64,000 bases of DNA from Elusimicrobiota bacterium. GTDB lineage: Bacteria > Elusimicrobiota > Elusimicrobia > UBA1565 > UBA9628. The stretch covers positions 73,713-137,712 of the forward strand of contig JAPLKL010000051.1 of the NCBI GenBank assembly GCA_026388095.1, given 5' to 3'. Positions within the stretch are counted from its first letter, which is position 1. Every line of letters starts with the position of its first letter. The translations under genes and the position numbers were made by a program. The notes under the pieces were generated by a model. That model was not told the origin of the DNA. It worked only from the letters and a program-made list of their open reading frames with translations, and did not search any database. Positions 58,330 to 64,000 of the stretch are shown here, piece by piece.

Positions 58330-59462
58330 AACAGACGACCACGAATCCGATCCCGCTGTTGAGCCTCAAGGCCCAGCACGAGCGCTTGGCGCCCGAGCTG
58401 CGCCAAGCGGTGCTGAAGGTGGTGGACTCCGGGACCTTCATCATGGGTCCGGAGGTCAAGCAGTTCGAGACCGAGTTCGCCGCGGCCCTGGGCGCCCGCC
58501 ACGCCGTGGGCGTATCCAACGGCACCGACGCCCTGCACGTGGCCCTGGAAGCCGTGGGCGTGGGGCCGGGCGACGAGGTGCTCGTCCCCTCCTTCACCTT
58601 CATCGCCACGGCCACCGCGGTCTCGGCCCTGGGCGCCGCTCCCGTCTTCGTGGACATCGACCCGGTCACCATGACCATGAACCCCGCCGCCGCCGCCGCC
58701 GCCGCGGGCCCCAAGACCAAGGCCATGATCCCCGTGCACCTCTTCGGCTATCCGGCGGATATGGACGAGCTTTGCGCCCTGGCGGCGGAGAAGGGCCTCA
58801 AAGTCGTGGAGGACTGCGCCCAGGCGCACTTGACCACCTACAAGGGGCGCACGGTCGGGACCATCGGGGAGGCGGGGGCCTTCAGCTTCTACCCTTCCAA
58901 GAACCTGGGCGCGGCCGGCGACGCCGGCGCGGTGACGGTGGGAGACCCCGACCTGGCCGAAGCCGTGCGCCAGCTGCGCAACTGCGGCCGCGAGACGGGC
59001 GGGGCGGCCTACCGCCACGTCCGGGTGGGGCAGAACTGCCGCCTCGACGAGCTGCAGGCCGCGGTCCTGCGCGTGAAGCTCAAGTACCTGGCGGAGTGGA
59101 CCGCCAAGCGCCGGGCCGTGGCCCTGCGCTACATCCAGAACCTCCAGGGCCTGCCCATCTTCCTGCCCGATCCGGGCCGGACCGGCACCGCGCACACCTT
59201 CCACCTCTTCGTGGTGCGCTGCGACCGGCGCGACGAGCTGGCCAAGCACCTGACCGCGCGCGGCATCGGCAACGGCGTCTACTACCCGATCCCGGTCCAC
59301 CGCCAGCCCGCTTACCAAGAGGTCCTGATCCGTCCCACGGCCCTGCCCCACACCGAGGAGGCCTGCCGCACGGCGCTGGCCCTGCCCATGTATCCGGAGT
59401 TGGAGCCGGCGGCCGTGGACGCCGTGTGCCAGGCCGTCAAGGACTTCTTCAAGGGGACCTGA
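58326..59462 (+). CDS. DegT/DnrJ/EryC1/StrS aminotransferase (WbpE/FdtB-like)
   Basis: SNGTDAL, EDCAQAH, SFYPSKNLG, RLDELQAA; TTG start overlaps upstream stop. Confidence 0.92.
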   Translation: MKQTTTNPIPLLSLKAQHERLAPELRQAVLKVVDSGTFIMGPEVKQFETEFAAALGARHAVGVSNGTDALHVALEAVGVGPGDEVLVPSFTFIATATAVSALGAAPVFVDIDPVTMTMNPAAAAAAAGPKTKAMIPVHLFGYPADMDELCALAAEKGLKVVEDCAQAHLTTYKGRTVGTIGEAGAFSFYPSKNLGAAGDAGAVTVGDPDLAEAVRQLRNCGRETGGAAYRHVRVGQNCRLDELQAAVLRVKLKYLAEWTAKRRAVALRYIQNLQGLPIFLPDPGRTGTAHTFHLFVVRCDRRDELAKHLTARGIGNGVYYPIPVHRQPAYQEVLIRPTALPHTEEACRTALALPMYPELEPAAVDAVCQAVKDFFKGT

Positions 59463-59536
59463 ATTCGGGGACACAATACCTAACTCCCGCGGATTCAGCC
59501 CGAAAGCCTCGAATTAAGTATTGTGTCCCCAAACTC
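59461..59536. mobile_element. REPIN/MITE-like 26-bp inverted-repeat element
   Basis: GAATTCGGGGACACAATACCTAACTC-N24-GAATTAAGTATTGTGTCCCCAAACTC; 22/26 Watson-Crick. Confidence 0.6.
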
Positions 59537-59537
59537 G

Positions 59538-60644
59538 ATGCCTAGGATACTCTTCGTCTCGACTTCGACCACCATAGGCGGGGCCGAGAAGACCCTGTTC
59601 ACCTTGGCCACCCGGCTCGACGCCGAGCGGTTCCAGGTGGCCGGCGTGGTCGGCCTCAAGGCTCCCGGCCATTACGCCCAACGCCTGGCGGCGCAGGGGG
59701 TCGCGACCCGCAGCCTGGGCCTGGTCGGCTGGCCCTCGCTGCGCGACGCCGACGCCCTGGCGCGGATCATCCGGGAGACCCGGCCCGACCTGGTGCAGGC
59801 CATCATGTACCAGGCCATCCAGCTCTGCCGCTTCGTCAAGCGGCGCGCCAAGGCGCCCTTCAAGCTGGTGAGCTCCCCGAGGGTCAACTACCGCACCCGG
59901 TCCTCCTGGTCTTTGCTCGTGGACCGCTGGCTCCGGGGCGCCGACGACCTGCTCATCGCCGAGTCCGAGGCTTCCCGCGATTTCCTCACCCGCAGGCTGG
60001 GCTACGCCGCGGACCGGGTCAAGACCGTGCACAACGGAGTCGAGCTCCCCGAGGCCCCGTCCGAGGCCGAGCGCAAGCGCGCCCGCCTGCAGCTGGGCCT
60101 GCGCGAGGACGAGACGCTCCTGCTGGCCATGGGCCGGCTCGACGATCAGAAAGGCCACGGCGTGCTCATCGACGCCGTGGCCGGGCTCAAGGACTCCCGC
60201 AAGCCGCGCTGCGCCATCATCGGCGACGGCCCGCTGCGCGACAGGCTGCTGGCCCAGGTCGAGCGCCTGGGCCTGCACCGGCTCGTGCAGCTGCCCGGCG
60301 AACGCGGCGACGTCCGCTCCTGGCTCTGCGCCAGCGACATCTTCGTGCTGCCCTCGCTTTGGGAGGGGCTGCCCAACGCCCTGCTGGAGGCCATGGCCCT
60401 GGGCCTGCCGGTGGCGGCTTCCCGCGTGGACGGGGTCCCCGAGGCGGTCACTGACGGGCAGGACGGGCTGCTGGTGGCGCCCGGCGACCCTAGGGCCTTG
60501 GCCAAGGCCCTGGTCTCGCTCATGGACGACCCGGGACTGCGCCGCCGCTTGGGCCAGGCCGCGCGGACCCGCGTGGCCGAAAGCTTCACCCTGCCCGCCA
60601 TGCTCGCCGGCTATGAGGCCGCATACCGGGATGTCCTGACCTAG
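59538..60644 (+). CDS. GT4 glycosyltransferase
   Basis: GGAEK, QKGH, EGLPNALLEAMALG. Confidence 0.9.
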   Translation: MPRILFVSTSTTIGGAEKTLFTLATRLDAERFQVAGVVGLKAPGHYAQRLAAQGVATRSLGLVGWPSLRDADALARIIRETRPDLVQAIMYQAIQLCRFVKRRAKAPFKLVSSPRVNYRTRSSWSLLVDRWLRGADDLLIAESEASRDFLTRRLGYAADRVKTVHNGVELPEAPSEAERKRARLQLGLREDETLLLAMGRLDDQKGHGVLIDAVAGLKDSRKPRCAIIGDGPLRDRLLAQVERLGLHRLVQLPGERGDVRSWLCASDIFVLPSLWEGLPNALLEAMALGLPVAASRVDGVPEAVTDGQDGLLVAPGDPRALAKALVSLMDDPGLRRRLGQAARTRVAESFTLPAMLAGYEAAYRDVLT

Positions 60645-60732
60645 GATCCGCCTCGGAATCCCCCCCTAAGCACGGCGAATAGGAGTCACTCGCTTCGTTC
60701 CCAGAAGCCCAAAAAATATATACTGACGACCT

Positions 60733-62862
60733 ATGGTCGAGGTGCGGCCCAAGGCGCGTGTGCTGGCGCTGAGCTTGGCGGGCTTGGCGGTCTTCCTGGC
60801 GTGGGAGGCCTTGGCCTTGCGCTCCTATGTGCGCGTGGAGAGCCGGCCGCCGGCCTGGGACCAGGCGATCCATCTCGAGATCGCCCTGGACTATCGCAAT
60901 GCCATCCGGGCGGGCAATTGGTCCGAGGTCATCCACCTGGCCCCCAAGCCCGGGATGCCGCCTTTCCCGCCGCTCTATCAGCTCCTGCTCAAGACCGCTT
61001 ACGTCAGCTCCGACCCGGCCAATGCGTCCCTGTGGCTGAATTGGTTCTATCTCGCCATCCTTTGTGTCGCGCTGTTCGGGCTGGCTTGGCGGTTCCGCCC
61101 CGACGAGACGGCTCTGCTTTGCGTGGTGATCTTCGCCGGCTCGCCGGCGGTGCAGGACCTTCTGCATACCCAGCTCGTGGACCTGTCGCTGGTGGCCTGG
61201 GCCGCGGCGGCCTACTGGGCCTTCATGCGCAGCGAGGATTTCCAGCGCTGAGGCGGGTCCCTCGCCTTCGGGGCCCTCTTCGCCCTGGGCATGATGCACA
61301 AGTGGAGCTTCTTCAGCTATTTCCTGCCGATCTACTACCTCGCCCTCAAGGCTCTGGCCCGGCCGGAGAGCCGCCGCCAGGTCCTGGCCGCCGCCGGGGT
61401 CTCCTTGGCGATCTTCATGCCCTGGTATGCGGTCCATCTACCCATCATAATCCCGCGGCTGTTCCAGGCTTCGGCTGATTTCGCGGTCCCATTCTGGCGC
61501 GGGACCGCGGTGCTCAACTATCTTGGGCAGATGGCGGACGGCTTGGGGCCGCTGTTCCTCGTCCTCTCCTTGGTCGGGATCTGCGTCCCTCAGAAACGGC
61601 GGGACTGGGACCGCCGCTGGGTGCTGGCGGCCTGGTTCATATCGTCGTATGTATTCTGGACGATCGTGCCGAACCGGCAGCTGCGCTACCTGCTGCCCGG
61701 TCTGCCGGCCTTGGCCGTGGCGGGCATCGGCGCCTGGCCGTGGCCCAGGGCCGTGGTGTGGGGCCTGGCCGCGGTGCAGTTCTTCACCATGCTCAACTTC
61801 ACTTCCGGCTGGCTGCGGCCGATCTCCATCCCCGTGCCCATGCGCAGCGTGACGCTGTTCCCCAGCCAGCCCCCGTCGCGAGACGACTGGAAGATCGGGG
61901 AGATCCTTTCGGAAGCCGAGGCGCGCGCCGACCCGAGCCGGCCCATCGCCGATGTCACCTTGGTCGCCAACGACACCTTCTTCAATTGCGTGAACTTCAA
62001 CTGGCTGACCAAGCTCCGCGAGCTTGCGCACGTGCAGATCCGCGGGGTCAACAGCCGGCTGTGCGAATTCTCCCAGTTCCTGGTGCTCAAAGACGGCTAC
62101 CTGGGGCCCCCGAGCGTCATCGGCCCTCTGCCGAAAGCGTCCGAGACCGTCAAGGACCCCCAGGGCTGGTTCGGGCGGTTCTATGAGCCGGTCCGCCGCT
62201 GGCCGCTGCCCGACGGATCGACGGCGGTGCTCTACGAGCAGAGGCACCTGGCGCGGCCGCCCTTCCCGGGCCGGAGGTTCGTATCCCGGCACTACGCCGA
62301 CGGGGCGTTCGCGGCCGAGGACCTGGTCGTCGAGCTCGGGGCTTGGGACGCGCAGCGCGGCGTCTACCGGCGGGCCAAGGTCTCGGCCCGCGAGGTGCAC
62401 TTGCGCGGCCTGCGCCTCAACGACCTGCGCTTGGAGATGGAAGGACTGCTTTTCGTGCCCGTCTCCACAGGCAGCCTGAACGCTTTGGGGGAGCTGCGCT
62501 TCCTCAAGATGGACACCTTGCGCATCGAGAAGCTCCGAGTCGATGGCGCCGCGCTGCGGGCTTTCCTGGAGAACCGCGTCCCGGGCCTGCGCATCTCGGA
62601 GTTGGACCTGGATAAGACCCTGAAGCTGCGCGGGGCTTTCCGGGGCTTCCCGCTCTCCGCGGAAATCGCCGCGGAGATCCTCGGCTCGTCCGCCATCCAG
62701 ATCGGCCTTCGGGAGGTCCGGCTCGGAGCCGCGCCGGTGCCCGGATTCCTGCTGCGGCCTTTGCGCAGCTTCACGCAGCCTTTTGTGCCCACCCGGGATA
62801 TGCCTTTCTCCATCCGGGTCGCGGGGCTCACCGTCGCAGGCGGCTGGTTGTCGGTCCCCTGA
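60733..62862 (+). pseudogene. GT-C (ArnT/PMT-like) membrane glycosyltransferase interrupted by an in-frame TGA at 61249-61251
   Basis: ORFs 60733-61251 and 61291-62862 share one frame; WDQAIH, PPLY, RYLLP motifs; soluble C-terminal domain. Confidence 0.75.
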
Positions 62863-62956
62863 CAGCTTCCCTTCAGGTCACTGCGGCCGTCTATCGGCGC
62901 GGCCGTCGCTCTCGGCTCCTTATTCTCGATAGTGTTTTATCCCCCGCGAAAATGTC

Positions 62957-62985
62957 TTGACACTGTAACACGTCACAGATATACT
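62957..62985 (+). promoter_or_regulatory. near-consensus sigma70 promoter with palindromic spacer
   Basis: TTGACA-N17-TATACT; spacer contains CTGTAACACGTCACAG. Confidence 0.85.
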
Positions 62986-63019
62986 CAGAACGCTCGAACG
63001 CAAGATTGGCCGATTCCGC

Positions 63020-64000
63020 GTGCCGCGTTCGGGCATCCACGCGCATGCCGAGGCGCGGGACCGGGACGACATCTTCTTGCGACTGCGACGACTGCGCCTC
63101 CTGGCCTTATGCGTATTGTTATTATCGCTCGCGCCGGCGCGCGATGCGGCATACGGCCAATTCTCCGCCCCCTGGGACCCGGATTTCTCCCAGCAGGCCA
63201 AGCCCTCGGCGCCTCCTCCGGAGGAAGCGGCTGAGGGCCGTCCGGCCTCTGCGGCGCCCGCGGCACCCGAGGCCGAAGCGGCCCCGGTCGTCGTCATCCC
63301 GGGAGCCGGGCCCTTCTTGCTCCTGGACCGGCCGGACCCCAAGCACATCCTGGAGCCGCTGGCGCCAGCGGCGGGCCAGGGCCCGCCGTCTACGGAGGGC
63401 GCCGTTGTTCCTCTCCGGCAGGGGACGGCCCATGAATTCCTTGACTTCGTGGATGGCCTCAAGCCCTTCGCCTATCGCCCGGAGCGCCTCACCCAGGCGC
63501 GCACCCGCATCGAGCAGGGTCTGGCTCCGAGCGAGCCCTCGCCGTTCCTGGGCTCGGAAGCCGAGGAGCTCGCGATCTCCACCGCGGCGTCGCTCCTGCC
63601 GCCCCCTCCGGAGCTGGAGATGCCGGCCCAGCAGATGAGCCTCTCCATCACGGGCCGCAAGATCATCGGGTTCAACTTCTCCGAAAAGCGCTACCTGCAT
63701 GACCAGAGCCAGACCGGCCGGCCCGCCAGCGCCAGCGTATGGGACATCCAGCAGCAGATGCAGCTGCGCATGCAGGGCAAGGTGGGGCCCAAGATCACCG
63801 TGAACGTGGACTACGACGACACCAAGACCAACCAGCAGGACATCTCCATCGTCTATCAGGGCGACCCCAACGAGGTGGTCCAGAACGTCTCCTTCGGCGA
63901 CATCGACCTCTCCTTGCCCCCCACGGAATTCGTCTCCTACAACAAGCAGCTCTTCGGCATCCGGGCGGATATCAAGTTCAAGGGCCTCAAAGCCTCCTTC
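63020..64000 (+). CDS. SprA/Sov-like large outer-membrane protein (N-terminal part; runs off window)
   Basis: absent from the ORF track because it has no stop; signal peptide LRRLRLLALCVLLLSLAPA; QLRMQGKVGPKITVNVDYDDT..YQGDPNEVVQNVSFGDIDLSLP..QLFGI resembles the SprA N-terminal motif. Confidence 0.7.
   Translation, partial: MPRSGIHAHAEARDRDDIFLRLRRLRLLALCVLLLSLAPARDAAYGQFSAPWDPDFSQQAKPSAPPPEEAAEGRPASAAPAAPEAEAAPVVVIPGAGPFLLLDRPDPKHILEPLAPAAGQGPPSTEGAVVPLRQGTAHEFLDFVDGLKPFAYRPERLTQARTRIEQGLAPSEPSPFLGSEAEELAISTAASLLPPPPELEMPAQQMSLSITGRKIIGFNFSEKRYLHDQSQTGRPASASVWDIQQQMQLRMQGKVGPKITVNVDYDDTKTNQQDISIVYQGDPNEVVQNVSFGDIDLSLPPTEFVSYNKQLFGIRADIKFKGLKASF

Noticed and set aside
61249-61251. Genome-wide TGA reassignment
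   Set aside because: Many genes here end in TGA with coupled ATGA/TTGA/GTGA overlaps, so TGA is a normal stop

Overview
About 60 kb of this window is a mosaic surface-glycan (LPS O-antigen/capsule/glycoprotein-type) biosynthesis locus from a high-GC Gram-negative bacterium. Elusimicrobiota is a guess from gene content, not shown by the sequence. The locus holds an FkbH/ACP/GNAT/PIG-L acylation module, a MarR-type regulator-kdsD-rfbA operon, four Wzy_C/ligase-like membrane proteins, Wzx and ABC flippases, two initiating transferases and three B12-dependent radical SAM enzymes. It also holds a lower-GC pseudaminic/legionaminic-acid cluster with unusual tailoring genes, and it ends in a SprA-like gene. 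Features not explained by the ORF track: (1) a 17-bp palindrome TGTTCAA-N3-TTGAACA at three promoters, always overlapping the last base of the -10 box, a likely operator and regulon of the MarR-type regulator; (2) a ~510-nt non-coding, densely base-paired element with four C(GNA)G triloop hairpins, inside a 1.3-kb insert flanked by a 40-bp duplication of a glycosyltransferase 3' end; (3) a tRNA-Val(TAC) 5' fragment ending exactly at the anticodon loop, bordering an AbiE toxin-antitoxin island; (4) an in-frame TGA in a GT-C gene; (5) a REPIN/MITE-like hairpin; (6) several probable leaderless promoters. All calls come from reading the sequence and recognising motifs; no searches were run.
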